Positions 63,816 to 64,000 of a stretch of 64,000 nucleotides of DNA are shown piece by piece. Source of the DNA: an uncultured delta proteobacterium (GTDB taxonomy: Bacteria > Myxococcota_A > Polyangia > Haliangiales > Haliangiaceae). A model generated the notes under the pieces. It was not told where the DNA came from and made no database searches. It worked only from the letters and a program-made list of their open reading frames with translations. The stretch lies in the NCBI GenBank assembly GCA_963848295.1, contig CAWKDB010000010.1:3808001-3872000 (forward strand), read 5' to 3'. Numbering within the stretch: the stretch's first letter is position 1; each line of letters begins with the position of its first letter. Position numbers and translations under genes: made by a program.

Positions 63816-64000
63816 CCTGATCATCGCGGCGATGCTGCGGATCGCCAAACAAGACCTTGACGGCGCGCGTCTCTTGAATCGAGCTGGCAACCGGAACGCC
63901 TCGTACCTGTCCGAACAGGCCGCAGAAAAGTTGATTCGTGCCGTCTTGACGTCGGAGGGCATTCAGGCCGGCAACCGACACGAGCTCTCTGACATGGTGG
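63805..64000 (+). CDS. HEPN-domain protein (partial)
   Basis: Manual translation: MSADLIIAAMLRIAKQDLDGARLL...YLSEQAAEKLIRAVL...RHEL; overlaps the MNT stop. Confidence 0.82.
   Translation, partial: MSADLIIAAMLRIAKQDLDGARLLNRAGNRNASYLSEQAAEKLIRAVLTSEGIQAGNRHELSDMV

Overview
High-GC bacterial chromosome segment. The gene content (Ser/Thr kinases, PEGA/TPR protein, MYXO-CTERM protease, minor-pilin/PilY1 cluster) points to a myxobacterium; this is inference. Bases 1-50000 hold housekeeping and signalling genes: a DUF5939-type cyclase-like gene, a truncated globin, two kinases, a KamA radical SAM enzyme, purT, ettA, a PP2C phosphatase, an M16 peptidase pair, a pilX-pilY1-pilV-pilW-fimU(-pilE) cluster whose PilY1 has FG-GAP repeats, and a urate-to-ureidoglycolate cluster (puuD, allB, alc-uraD fusion, uraH, an aldolase/lyase-fold orphan). 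tRNA-His(GTG) lies at 50022-50098. A ~12.6 kb tyrosine-integrase island follows, bounded by a 47-bp direct repeat (50052-50098 / 62635-62681), and then a second, decayed island with an MNT-HEPN pair. The best novelty candidate is at the right end of island 1: a DUF3800 (RNase H-like) gene converging on a small structured non-coding RNA with its own sigma70-like promoter and intrinsic terminator, resembling a protein-toxin/RNA-antitoxin or RNP defence module. Several genes carry single-base frameshifts that are probably assembly errors. Family calls come from motif recognition, not database searches.
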